A program made the position numbers and the translations under genes. The notes below the pieces were generated by a model. The model worked only from the letters and a program-made list of their open reading frames with translations. It did no database searches and was not told the DNA's origin. DNA of 63,774 nt, the filler included, from Licmophora abbreviata (lineage: Eukaryota), in assembly GCA_900291995.1 (NCBI GenBank). It is 8 parts of 8 records of this genome, joined end to end, with 100 filler letters (N's around TTAATTAATTAA, not from the genome) between each part and the next. Parts side by side here need not be neighbours in the genome. Positions count along the whole stretch, not along the records: positions 4,693 to 29,141 come from OLMU01005333.1; 7 more parts are not named here. One strand, written 5' to 3'. Shown here one piece after another: positions 11,353 through 23,100 of the stretch (position 1 is its first letter; each line of letters starts with the position of its first letter).

Positions 11353-13758
11353 TCACTTGAGATTACCTCCCGTCAATCGCCACACCGACGTCTCACGTCC
11401 ATCGAGCTCGACGTTGAAGGTCATGGAGAAAGCTTCTGCTCGTGCATCGTAATCGACTTGCCAGTAATCATTGCCGTTTACGGCTTGCTTCAGATCGCAC
11501 GTTCTCTCGTCGTCGACTTCGTACAATGTGTACTTCGTCGACGCCAGGCCGCAGAATTCAATCGGACACGCCCCGACTCCGCCGACTATATAGATGTCGA
11601 CACATTCCGCTGATACCGCAATACAAATTGGATAGATGCGTTCCAATCGACCGCCTACTACCTCAACTTGCAGGTCGTTTCCAGTTGCTTCTCGATACGG
11701 AACACGCCAAGACCGAGGGTGGTCCCCGAGAAATCTTCGTAGCACTCTATTGGGTCCGTAGTAGTCGCCAGCGGTCGTCGCCGTCGTCACCCACTCGACA
11801 CAGAGCTGCACACGATCGCCAGCCTGAAATTCTGAAACCCCGGGAGGCGGACGGAGGCGAACCTCGAGTCCAGGTTTCTTGTCTCGGCCATGGGTACAAA
11901 AGACGATACATTGGACGCATGGATTTGAGCTATGGGACCTGCCTACCGACGCACTGTAAGAACGCAGAATCCAATGCTTCGTTCCCGTTCCCCAGTCCTT
12001 GCCGCGAAACGGATAGCTATCGGGAAACGAGAACCAAAAAGGGGCGTCGCCATCGACGACTACATCCTCCAATAGAACATTACCCTTTTGGCGGTCATCG
12101 TCCGCTGAGCACACGGCAACGAGGCCGCTCTTGTTGCCATATGCAAAAGACGGCGCAACAAACCCACGAGTACGACTCATGAGTAGCCACCCGTCGTCCA
12201 TCGTGACCCTATCGTTGAACGTATACTCAATGTCCTGGAACGTTCTAGCGTAGTCGTCGGTCCGAAGTGTTCGAACACGGACATTGTAGTCCACTTGGTG
12301 TCTGTCGCCGTATGATCCAGCATATCGAACGTCAGTGAGACACGGGCCATGCGAAGCGTACGCTGTCTTCATGTCCACAATGGTCAGCGGACTACGCGTC
12401 TTTCGATCCTTCACGCTCAACCAATCGCCGCCCCATCCGCAATCGGTCCACTGCCACTTGGTACCCATTGTACCATTGCGGAGCATAAGACCACGAATGT
12501 CCGTAATGGTGTTCGTTACCCAGCTCGTTTCTGGGTCTATACACAAGGTTTCTCCAAAACAACCAATGGCAAGCTGATCCCACCGTCCCGAGTAGGACTT
12601 ACACCCAACAAGCGATAGTTGAGCATGACTGGCCGCTGGTAGCGTGCCATAAAATCCATACACCAACCGAATGAGGTATGAAACCTCGGAGTGTGGTGGA
12701 AGTGGCAACAGCGCAAATCCCCGAAAGTAAGGACCTATTTCTTTGACGTGCCAATTCTTGCAAAGCTGCACGGGTATTCCGGTGGGAGCCCCCGTTGACG
12801 AGCAAACAAGCGGACACATTCCGGTAACATTCGCCGGATTGATAATCTCCAAAAGGAAAGGTACGTAGTCAGCCTCTGAAGAGGAACTTGCAACGTGAAG
12901 AACGAACTCATCGTAGTCGCGAATATCAGTGTAACCAGATGGAAATGTACGGACAAACTTGGGCTTGCCATGGCCGTACTCGACTCGTGCCACCTGGCAG
13001 TGATAGCTCTCGGCATATGCTACTGGCACTGCCTGACGGTTGGTAGCAACCTTGATTGGTGCAGAAGGAAACGACCATGGAACGATGTCGCAGATTAGAG
13101 TCGTCTTTGGTTGTTTGTCGGGTGTCAAGTTGTTTCTTTCGATGCGTCGTGTCGTAGTCCAGTTTGAAAACTCCATAGTGACAACAACGTTCGACCAATC
13201 TGATTGCGAATCCATTGAGAGTGTGAGAGACATACTCTTGGGCCAGACGACGATATCCAAGTTGAAAGTAAGCGCTTTCAGCAATTCATCACAGTTCTCA
13301 TAACAACACAAATCGAGGCTCAAAAGTGAAATGCGCTGAACAAGCCTCCCAGACTCCCACAAGAGCGCCTTGCCGTTGAATGGGGTATCGACCTGGGTCG
13401 TATCCGTGTCATCAGTGTGTGATGCAGCGCAAGATGTGGCACGATAGAGGCTACCGTCGACAACAATAGATATGTTGAAAGGAACGTGAGTAAGTTCATT
13501 CATTCGACGTCTGTGGTCCCGCTGCAGGCATTCTGTATAGCTGAGACTTGGATCTGTTTCTGGAAATTGGCTGAATCGGACACTTGTCAAGTCAGCCAAG
13601 TCGAAGCACAGTCCAAAGTATCCCGTTTCGAAGCAAAGAAGACTCTGTTGAGTAGTCTCGAGTCGCGCCTTCGTACCAACACTTCGCCGGGCTCCGTTCT
13701 TCCAAAACACATGGGAGTAGTCGGCAAGTCGCGACGGCGCAAGATCCTGTGTAGTCAT
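11353..13758 (-). CDS. 801-aa intronless hypothetical protein, beta-rich, bacterial-looking
   Basis: Long uninterrupted ORF with conserved-looking blocks (TGIPVQLCKNWH, YGFYGTLPAASHAQLSLVG, RWDQLAIGCFGETLCIDP, GWGGDWL, HGPCLTDV, RTLRTDDYARTF, GNDYWQVDYD). Function not recognised. Confidence 0.85.
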   Translation of the reverse strand: MTTQDLAPSRLADYSHVFWKNGARRSVGTKARLETTQQSLLCFETGYFGLCFDLADLTSVRFSQFPETDPSLSYTECLQRDHRRRMNELTHVPFNISIVVDGSLYRATSCAASHTDDTDTTQVDTPFNGKALLWESGRLVQRISLLSLDLCCYENCDELLKALTFNLDIVVWPKSMSLTLSMDSQSDWSNVVVTMEFSNWTTTRRIERNNLTPDKQPKTTLICDIVPWSFPSAPIKVATNRQAVPVAYAESYHCQVARVEYGHGKPKFVRTFPSGYTDIRDYDEFVLHVASSSSEADYVPFLLEIINPANVTGMCPLVCSSTGAPTGIPVQLCKNWHVKEIGPYFRGFALLPLPPHSEVSYLIRLVYGFYGTLPAASHAQLSLVGCKSYSGRWDQLAIGCFGETLCIDPETSWVTNTITDIRGLMLRNGTMGTKWQWTDCGWGGDWLSVKDRKTRSPLTIVDMKTAYASHGPCLTDVRYAGSYGDRHQVDYNVRVRTLRTDDYARTFQDIEYTFNDRVTMDDGWLLMSRTRGFVAPSFAYGNKSGLVAVCSADDDRQKGNVLLEDVVVDGDAPFWFSFPDSYPFRGKDWGTGTKHWILRSYSASVGRSHSSNPCVQCIVFCTHGRDKKPGLEVRLRPPPGVSEFQAGDRVQLCVEWVTTATTAGDYYGPNRVLRRFLGDHPRSWRVPYREATGNDLQVEVVGGRLERIYPICIAVSAECVDIYIVGGVGACPIEFCGLASTKYTLYEVDDERTCDLKQAVNGNDYWQVDYDARAEAFSMTFNVELDGRETSVWRLTGGNLK

Positions 13759-13997
13759 ATGGAAAGTCTACACGACGACTAATGGCGCGATGGTAGAGAC
13801 GCACGCATGAAGCTGTGACTGCAGATGCGACCGCGTCGTCGTCATCATGGTCAAAGTTCAAATTGTGAATAAGATTTAATTTTTGTTCTGTTTTGGATCT
13901 TTCGACGATCCAAAGCGTGGCAGACGGCCAGACCAAAGATACTCAATGTGAATGATATTCGGGTATCAGTATTTGTATTGATTCGTAAAAAGTAAAG

Positions 13998-14015
13998 TGT
14001 TCGGAATTCCGAACA
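13998..14015. promoter_or_regulatory. Perfect 18-bp palindrome TGTTCGGAATTCCGAACA in the divergent promoter
   Basis: Self-reverse-complementary; ends about 30 bp upstream of the HVA22-like ATG. Function inferred only. Confidence 0.35.
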
Positions 14016-14046
14016 TCACAAAAGAAGCAAGACAGCTGTGCCCACG

Positions 14047-14983
14047 ATGGAGGTCGTCAAAGAGAAACTTCAGCTCGTACGAGCCAAGCTCGACCAAATA
14101 CCGGTCCTGCAGCAGGCAGAGGTAAGACAATGATGGTGGGACGGCGGAGAGTGGTGTAATCGAAGGCCGAGTCGTCCTTGGCTCGGTCGTATGCTTCCCT
14201 CAACGCGCGAATCACGTACATTTCGTACTGACTTGTACGTCATTTTGTGGTCCATACCGGTACCGAACACCGCGGACCACGCTGACCAGCACGCGGTCGA
14301 CCGTGGACGCGGCGACTGCTGTCTTGTCGTCTCTTTGCTCGGCGGCAATGCATTCTCTCGCGTGTGTCCCGTCGTGAAAGTATTATTGAAGTGTGCAGAA
14401 GTTGCGACGTTTAGAGCTTTTGTACTGAAAGCCTCATCGCTGCGTCGTCTCACCGATGCCTTCGTGTTGCTCGTCTCCTCACTCGACTTGACTCAATCGT
14501 GTCATGCAGGACACCGTCAAGGTCCCGAAGGAGTATCTCGTCTTGGGAGGAGGGGCCGTCTTTGTCATCCTCATGTTCTTTGGGATCGGAGCGGGTGCCC
14601 TCTGCAGTGTGGTGGGATTCCTTTATCCGGCGTTCAAGTCGTTCGAAGCCATTGAGAGCAAAAGCCGTGCCGACGATACGCAGTGGCTCATTTACTGGGT
14701 TGTTTATGCCTTCTTTTCTCTCATTGAAACCTTCGTCGATTTTCTGCTTTACTGGATTCCCTTCTACTACGCCTTCAAGCTCGCCTTCTTGCTTTGGGCG
14801 ATGCTTCCGCAGACCAAGGGAGCCAAGTTCTTGTACGACTCCTTCTTGAAGGATTTTCTCAAGAAGAACGAATCGACCATTGACAAGGCTCTCGCGGATG
14901 CCAAGAAGGCCACCGATGATGTCGCTTCCAGTGTTGCTGCCGTTGCTGCCGATACAGTCGAGGAGACCAAGAAGGACATGTAA
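14047..14983 (+). CDS. HVA22/TB2-DP1 (REEP/Yop1) ER-shaping protein; exons 14047-14121, 14510-14983
   Basis: VGFLYPAFKSFEAIES...DDTQWLIYWVVYAFFS...WIPFYYAFKLAFLLWAMLPQTKGA. 388-nt intron GTAAGA...CAG joins QQAE|DTVK. Confidence 0.95.
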
Positions 14984-15560
14984 GCGCGACTCCGATCGCA
15001 TGGGAAATGAAATGAAATGGAATGGAAGCATCGATCTCTGCCACCGTTGCTGTTGCATATAGAACTGCGTTTGTATGATTGACTTAATAATCAACTATGG
15101 CCGCGATCTTATCTTTGCTATCAGAGGCTTCCGTTCAACTTTGTCAACGATCCGTAATGGAAAACGAATTCTATGATATACGGTAGACAACGTCAGCGTC
15201 AGCACGTTGTCGGATGCCGCAAGCATAGGGTCTCCCCAACCGCCGTGGAACTACGGCAGCCTACTGGTGGACAAGTCATCAGGTACAGTAGCTCGCATGT
15301 TGTGCTAGACTAGAGGAATCCATCGTGTTGGGCCACTCTCCTTTGAGGATCGAGACGGGTTTGTGTGCGTGGCGTATGATACTTGGGGTACTCCGTAGTC
15401 TATAGCGGTGCCGCGCGTGCCTTTCTCAGTGTTCAGGTTTCGCGCCAAAACACAAAACACTCATCGACGAAACACGAAGCGATGGAAGACGGGAAGCCCA
15501 TCGAGTTGCGGCATTCGATCCAACGACGTCCCCTTTTAATCTACCTACACGCTTCCAATC

Positions 15561-16345
15561 ATGGCTCCTCCGCGATGGTCCAGGCAGTGGCGGCAAGCGA
15601 GTATGAGGACTATTCATGTCGATTTCGTCGACAGCAAACTGTCACCGGCTCGCGTTGTGGCGCTGGGCGCCGTTCTGGTTTCGGTGGGTGCACTGGGCTT
15701 CTACTCTTTGCCTGGAATGATTGACGACAATGCGGGTGGATCGCACGCCGTAAACTCGGTCTACTGCTCTGTCATGACCTTGACGACGTATGTTGGTATC
15801 ATTGTTTGTCGCTTACGGACACACTGCGCATGGTGTACAGTGTGAAAGATGTGATATTGAATTCATGTTCAACTGCTAACTAATATATCTTTTTCACGCT
15901 TTAATTCAGAGTCGGGTTTGGTGATATTTGCCCGTCTGACCACATATCGTCCCCGGGAAAAGTGTTTATAGTGTTGTTAGCTTTCTGTGGTCTTGGCATG
16001 TTCGTTGGCCCTGTGATGGATCTTGCTGCGTCGTGGAAAGAGAGCGTGCCTGGAGGCTTGTTTCTACTGACGAGCACGACACTTGCCCTCGGCATACTTC
16101 TGTTTACATGGTTGGAAGAAATGTCACAGTTAGAGGCGGCATACTTTAGCGTGGTGACGGGTACGACAATTGGATTCGGTGACATTCACGTATCCTCTGA
16201 TCTGGGCAAACTTGCTGTCGGGGCGTATGCAATTTTGATCATCAACGTCGTAGGAGCACTATTGGAGCCAGCCAAGGATGTTCTCCAGGGTCTTTGTTAC
16301 GAAACGGCGACGGACACTTCTGAACCTGAAGAGAAAATCGATTGA
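15561..16345 (+). CDS. Small two-pore-domain potassium channel (TPK/K2P-like, about 220 aa); exons 15561-15787, 15910-16345
   Basis: Two selectivity filters, MTLTT|VGFGD (split by intron 15788-15909) and VTGTTIGFGD, each flanked by transmembrane helices. Confidence 0.92.
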
Positions 16346-16784
16346 GCGCATGTTGTTCCTTAGTCTAGGACGAGAGGACACTGTCCTACTAGGGAGAACC
16401 AGCGAACGTCGAGCACGGAGTGAAAGGTGAGGCGAGCCTCCTGCAATCTAAAGCTAGCTAAAATGATACTGTTTACCTAACAGGGTATAGTGTGTGTGCG
16501 CTGAGCTCCGACTTCGATCCTTGCCAAGGCGAGCCTCTATGTATCATACCACTCGCATTGTCGTGCGCATTCGAAACATCGCAGGCCAGACGAAAAACAG
16601 AAAGATGCGAAGTCGTCTAGACGTCTGTCCTTTCACCTTGCAAGAAAGTCACACGTAGAATGCTACGTGAGTTTGTACCACGAGAAAGGGTCATTGTGAT
16701 GCCCGATGCGCGCTGCTTGGGAGAAAGGACAAAGATTGCCGACACAGCCGCACAGCGCATTACTAGTACGACTGAGACGAAAGC

Positions 16785-18250
16785 ATGTCGTCGGAGGGCC
16801 CGTACGGACGACACGGTTACAATGCCAATGCCGGCGGATACGGAGGTGGAAGCTACAGCTCAGGGCAGGCGTCAGGAGGCGCGTACGCGGCACCAACATA
16901 CGGTGGAGGCCAGCCGATACCCGGCTACGGCGGCGGCTCTTACGGTGCGCCTAATTCGGGCGGATACGGCGGTCCTGCGGGAGTGGACGCCTATCAGGTA
17001 AGTGAATGACACATGTTTTGGTTGGATCGATCGCAAGCGTGTCAGCGACAGAGAAATGCTCTCATTTTGTCGCCATGGTCAACAACACGGGTCGGTCCAC
17101 GTGTCATCAAGACCGAAATATTCCAAAATCTGAAATTCCGTCTACGTTGAGTTGTACGTGTATTTCAGTACTGAATCTCCGTTGGCGATCGGAACGGGGA
17201 ATCTATTTGGCGGTATTTGTGAAATGTCTTCAACGCAAAGTCAAACACACTTTCGCGGGGCGTTGCGGCTCTCCTTCGTCGGCCCACTTTCTCGAGGGGC
17301 CATCTTTCCGACAAGAACCCAACGAATCGCAACTCACAACTCTATGCCTCTCCCTCGCGTATCTGTAGAGCGATAAATCGGAGGACGACAAGGGAAAGGG
17401 TGGCAAGAAGAGTATCGCGTTGCAGGCCTTAAATCAGAATGTGCTCCTGTGGGCCGGCTTCTTTACAGGCTCGTTGTTTGTCTACTCTTTACTATCCGGA
17501 GGAGATTTTTCTTTTCTCATGACATACGGCGCTATGGCTCGCATGTTTGGATTCGGAATTCTCAATCTCAAAACCTTCAAGAGTCAGAGGGCGACCGGTG
17601 TATCCATCAAGACGCTGCAGCTCTATTCGCTTGTTTACTTCTTCCGCCTCACATCCATTATTCGACATGAAGGTTACTTGCCATATGACAAATCTGGAGA
17701 CTGGCTCTATCACGTCATTGAAATCATGGGGCTGGTCTTTACGGCTACTGCTCTTTGGGGGTGCATGGTTCCCTTCAAGCAAACGTATCAGGCGGATCTC
17801 GACAAGTTTGGCGAAATGAATGTCCCGCCTGGAGCCGGTGCGGTATATTTGGCTGTTCCCATCTTGATTGTCGCTCTTTTAGTTCACCCCAACCTCAACA
17901 ATGACTTTCTGAGTGACGTGGCGTGGACCTATGCCATGTATCTGGAGTCGGCGGCTCTCATCCCACAGCTATTCATGTTCCAAAAGCAGCAATCGGGCGT
18001 TGTTGAGCTCCTCACGGCTCACTTTGTAGCGGCGCTCGGATTCGGACGCGTCATGGAATTCTGTTTCTGGATCTATAGCTACCATGAGCTCGCAAACTCC
18101 GCTGGGTCGCGACTCCCTGGATATTTGGCGCTTTTTTCTCAGTTTGTACAGCTTGTTCTCATGTTGGACTTCTTCTGGTACTATTACATTGCCGTGAAGA
18201 ATGCGACACCGCTGGTACTTCCATCGCACAGCGGGATGAGCATTGTGTAA
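16785..18250 (+). CDS. ER lumen protein-retaining receptor (ERD2/KDEL receptor family) with Gly/Tyr-rich N-terminus; exons 16785-16997, 17369-18250
   Basis: TGVSIKTLQLY, EGYLPYDKSGD, WTYAMYLESAALIPQLFM, TAHFVAALGFGR, QLVLMLDFFWYY. 371-nt GTAAGT...TAG intron. Confidence 0.93.
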
Positions 18251-18683
18251 GCGGACGAGAGGGCTCTCTTTGAAGAATAGACGACAGTAATCCATCTAAT
18301 TAGCACATTGGTCACCCAACGGCATTCGAGATCACTACATACATGCTATCGTACCGTCAACCGGTATGATCGGAGTGTTGAATGTGTGCCATGATGCGGT
18401 GATGGTTCAAAGAGCTCGGAGCTCGCGTGCGAGTAATACAACGCAACGCACAGCACGACTTGAACCCAATCACAATGGCGATAGAGACTATAATGTCATC
18501 CTTGGTCGTCGCTTTCAATTTTGCCCAACTTCTGTCATCCATCGCTACGTTGTACGTCCGCTAGACTACGACGCATTTCGCTCAATATTCAGGACAGGAG
18601 TCACTTCCGTTGCATCGAATCGAGTCCAGTTTTGGCGGGAAATCGGATACCTTTTTCTTAATCCACCCAAGTCTCAAATCAAT

Positions 18684-19694
18684 ATGGCCTCGCGCTCCCA
18701 CGAAATGTTCAAGAGTATTCCTCCTGCCACCTCGGGCATCATAGGTCTCTGTAGCGGCGTCTACTTGCTTCAATTTCTGTTGGACCCTGATGTGCATCAC
18801 TATACAATGAATCCAAGAATGATTATTCACTTGAACGAGTACTACCGATTCATCACATCCTCTCTCTTTCACGGCAGTCTCATGCACATTGCGATGAACA
18901 TGATGTCCACTGCTGCCATCAGCACCATGCTCGAAAAACGATTCGGAACGCTACGGCATGCCATGACCATTCTATGGGCCATCCTACTCACATCCTCTGT
19001 ATATACTCTTGCGGCACTTATACTACACCTTCTGGCGGGATACGATCACCTCATGTACCAACATTCACTCGGATTCTCAGGGGTCATCTTTCACATGTCC
19101 ATTCTCGAGAGTAACCTATCGCCTCAGCGATCCAGAAGTGTCTTTGGATTCGTCACAGTACCTTCCTATTTGTATCCCTGGGCTCTTCTCGTCGCTTTGC
19201 AAGTATTCATGCCCAACCTCAGTTTCATGGGACACTTGGCGGGAATTCTCACTGGGACGTTGCAATTGTATGGCGTTTTTGATTCGATATTGGTCAGCGA
19301 ACCGTATATACAAAACATGGAAACGTGGTCGTCGCTGCAATGGATCTCGTCGCAACAACACTTTGTCGCTTCGCCTGCTACTGTTGTCGATGGCACTACC
19401 ACTATTGCGCCGCGCGATCCGGCATCGTTACTACGTGCCATTCAGAATGGTGTTATGTTGATCGTTGGGCTGCTTAAGAATATTGCCGAGACAGTCATGG
19501 TGGTTGTGTTCGGGAGAGGACGTGGGAATGAGAATGTCCAGCTTGGTAGTGCTGGTGAGGAACGGGGTTCGCAGGATGCCGTCGGGGGTGAGGGCGATCG
19601 CGACGTTGGAGTCGACGAAGACGATGACTGGGTGGGACTGCCTCCGATGCCGCCATCGAATCATCAATATCCAGCCGAGTCGTCTCTAGTCTAA
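18684..19694 (+). CDS. Rhomboid intramembrane serine protease (RHBDL4/RHBDD1-like)
   Basis: YYRFITSSLFHGSLMHIAMNM, catalytic GFSG, YPWALLV...PNLSFMGHLAGI. Start placed at MASRSH. Confidence 0.92.
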   Translation: MASRSHEMFKSIPPATSGIIGLCSGVYLLQFLLDPDVHHYTMNPRMIIHLNEYYRFITSSLFHGSLMHIAMNMMSTAAISTMLEKRFGTLRHAMTILWAILLTSSVYTLAALILHLLAGYDHLMYQHSLGFSGVIFHMSILESNLSPQRSRSVFGFVTVPSYLYPWALLVALQVFMPNLSFMGHLAGILTGTLQLYGVFDSILVSEPYIQNMETWSSLQWISSQQHFVASPATVVDGTTTIAPRDPASLLRAIQNGVMLIVGLLKNIAETVMVVVFGRGRGNENVQLGSAGEERGSQDAVGGEGDRDVGVDEDDDWVGLPPMPPSNHQYPAESSLV

Positions 19695-20169
19695 CACCAA
19701 GCACGAAACGAAGTATAGACGGCTTCCATCAATCGGTTGTCACTAAGCTTCTCTTACGTAGCTTCTACGTGGTTCTTCCGGTCTGCTGATCACGCGAAAT
19801 AGAATCGTTTCTCTGCGGCATCAGTGTCATTCTTCATGTGCCTTGGCAACCGACCGATACTGTAGCTTAAGCTTGATAGCGAGGGACCAAGCAGCCAAAT
19901 GGATTGGTGCGATGTTTCATTAGGCCATCTCTCAATCACTCACGGAGAGAAGCGAGATGCGCGACAGATTTCAGATTGAGGATGTATGCCATTCGTGACT
20001 TCACTTATGGAATACTCCCGGGCATCTGATAGCACGTTATACCCACCCGGGTTTGGACTGTTGCGCGTGATCTGCAACAAAACAAAAAAGTGTTCGTCGC
20101 TCATGACGGCTCCTTGGACGCTCTCACTTTCTACTTGCCAACCGCATCGATCAACAGACATTATCTACA

Positions 20170-23100
20170 ATGAGTGCCTACGCAGCTTTGGCTGGGCTGT
20201 CCATCCTCTTCATCGTTATCTACGTTGGAATGCAGGGGCAGTTGAAACCTTCAATTTTCGGAATCGGAGCAATGCGTGGTACCGAGAACGCTGGACTCGT
20301 GGATGCATCGGGACGAGTTCTGCAGCCGTCGCCAGTTGTCACAAGCTTTACCTTGATTGATGCTGTATCGAACACTCCGATCAGTCCGCTCGCCGACGGC
20401 GACATTGTCGACGTCAGGGTGGTTGGTTTCGACCTGAACATTCGCGCAAACGTCGAAGGCCAACCAGGTTCTGTTAAGTTCGCAATGAACTCAAAGGATC
20501 TCATGACGGAGAACAAACCCCCCTTCGCAGCCTTCGGTGATGCGAGTGGGAATTACAATAGTGAAAGTCTTCCCCTGGGTATCAACTATGTGACGGCAAC
20601 TCCATACGAGGGGTCTAGCGCCTCCGGTCCTGTCGGAACTCCGTTGACCATTACGATTACGGTTGTCTCTACTTCCACAAACAACGACGCCGATGTCCCT
20701 GACGAAAGTTGCGAGGTTGGAGAACTAGTCTGTATTGACTTCTCTGCTACTCCAGAAGGGACAAAAGTCAACCATGGGGACTATGTCAAGTCTCAGTGGT
20801 TCGATGCCTATGGAATGACCATTGTAGCTGCTGCCACTAACGGCGGATACACACCAGATGGAAAAGCGCGTATTTTCGACACAACGACCATCGACAGCGA
20901 GGACGCCGATCTTGCTAGTCCAAACAAGATGTGTCCGGTTCCTGGACCTGGAGAGGGGGCTGGAGGAGTCACTGGCGCAGACGGTGAGAATTGTAACCCC
21001 AATGGCGAGGGGAATATCATCATCATTCAAGAGGAGAACAAGGTGGAGCCCGACGACAACGCTTTTGGTGGAACAATTCAGTTCGTATTCGATTGTCCTG
21101 TTGAGAGACTATCGTCAATCGGTCTCATGGACATTGGGGTCTCAGACGTTGACTATTTTGAGATCACCAAGTCTGATAGCAGTCCCAATGTCAGGCAAAC
21201 AATTGTGGGACTGGGCGATAACTCCATCCAGAATGAGGTGTTTGAGCAAACAGAGAAAGTGAGCAGTGTTGATATCGTCGTGTCGAATGCGCTTGGAGTC
21301 CGACATATATGTTTTTGTTACGAGGACTGCGTCAAACCTACTCCGGGACAGGATCCCGCGCCGATGACGCCTGCGGTCGTGAGCTTAACTCTCATCAATG
21401 CGGATACAAACGAAGAAATCCGCACTCTCATAGACGGGGAAGCTTTTGTCGAACCAGACTTCAACATAAACATTCGAGCAATGGTCGTGGCCGAAGAAGG
21501 GGTCGGTTCCATCGTGTTCGGTCTCAACGGTAATCCGGATTATCGTACTGAGAACATGAGTCCTTTTGCTTTGGGGGGCGATTCAGAAGGCGACTACGCG
21601 CCATGGGCATACACGCTAGGCGAGCAGACAATCCGCGCTACGTCATATTCAGGAAGCAATGGTTCTGGCAACATAGGCAGTGCATTTGATATTGCATTTA
21701 CCATCCTCCCTGCAGCGAGTCCTACACCGCCACCAGTGTCTCCATCTCCGACCCTTTCCCCAACGCCTTCGCCAACGTCCGACCCGACGCCCGCACCGAG
21801 CACACGCTTCCCGACACCAGTCCCCACACCAGCACCAACGCCAGATCCCACACCAGCACCGAGCACGCTTGTGCCAACGCATGAGCCCACAGCAACATCA
21901 ACGCCAGATCCTACACAAAAACTCAATCCAGGGCTGCTTGCATTGGCCACTAGTAATGTTGTTGTCGACAGGGGCGCTAGCTATGCATTTATCACAGTGA
22001 TTCGCATCCAGGGGAGTGATGGCCCGGCAACGGTGGACTTTGCTACTCAGCCCGACACTGCTCTGCCTGCAGTCGACTATATACCGCAAACAGGCACCTT
22101 GACTTTTGCGGATGGCGTGACGGAGCAGACGTTCGCAATTCAGCTTGTGAGCGACGCAATCCCACAGCCAACCAAGGAATTCAAAATCACTGTCGATAAC
22201 CCAGCAGGTGTTGATATTCTCGCTCCTCGAACAGCAACAGTGACAATCGTCGGAAACGAATTGCCCAACTACCGAGACTTTAGTTCGGTGGCGGGTCTAC
22301 AATTGAATGGTGCTGCGCGGCAAGTGGGCAACATTTTGCAGCTCACCTATTCTGCCGATCAAGCCGGCTCTGTATTTTCAAAAAAGGCGGTTGCACTGGC
22401 CAATGACGGCTCGTTCCAGAGTAGTTTTAGCTTTCGGATGTTGGGCGGCTCATCTGGTAACGATGGCTTGACTTTTACATTACAGAATGAGGGCCCTGGC
22501 GCCTTGGGCGGACCAGGATCCAAGCTAGGGTTTGACGGCATTTCGAGCGCAGTTGCAGCCGAGATTGACACCACGAACTCTTTACCGAGTGATATTGCGG
22601 ACAATCACGTCGGTCTTAATTCTGGGTCAGTCAACAATGTCTTAACTCAAGCAATTGCTGGTTTCGATTTCAACGACGGAGGCATATACTATGTGTGGAT
22701 CGATTACAATGGGGTCAGCGACTCGATGTCTGTGTATATCTCGGACTCTGCAACCAAGCCGCCCTATCTACTGATTGAAACAGAAATTGATCTCGAACTT
22801 GCGGTTGGCCCTCAAGCTTATTTTGGATTCACCGCCGGGACAGGTGTGAACGGTAACGTCCAACAGGTTCTTAGCTGGAGTCTGGATCAGACCACTCCTT
22901 CCTTCGATCCTCCAACGGATCCAAAATTGTCGATCACTAAGGTGGACATGTTCACCAGCGTTACCGCTCCGCTAGCGCTAGCGTGGCTTCCAGACGGTAC
23001 TATGCTGATTGCGGAAAAAGGTGGGATCGTGCTGGTTGCCAATGGCGACACCCTAGAAAGTGAACCTTTTGTTGACATCTCGGACGACGTGAATGATTTC

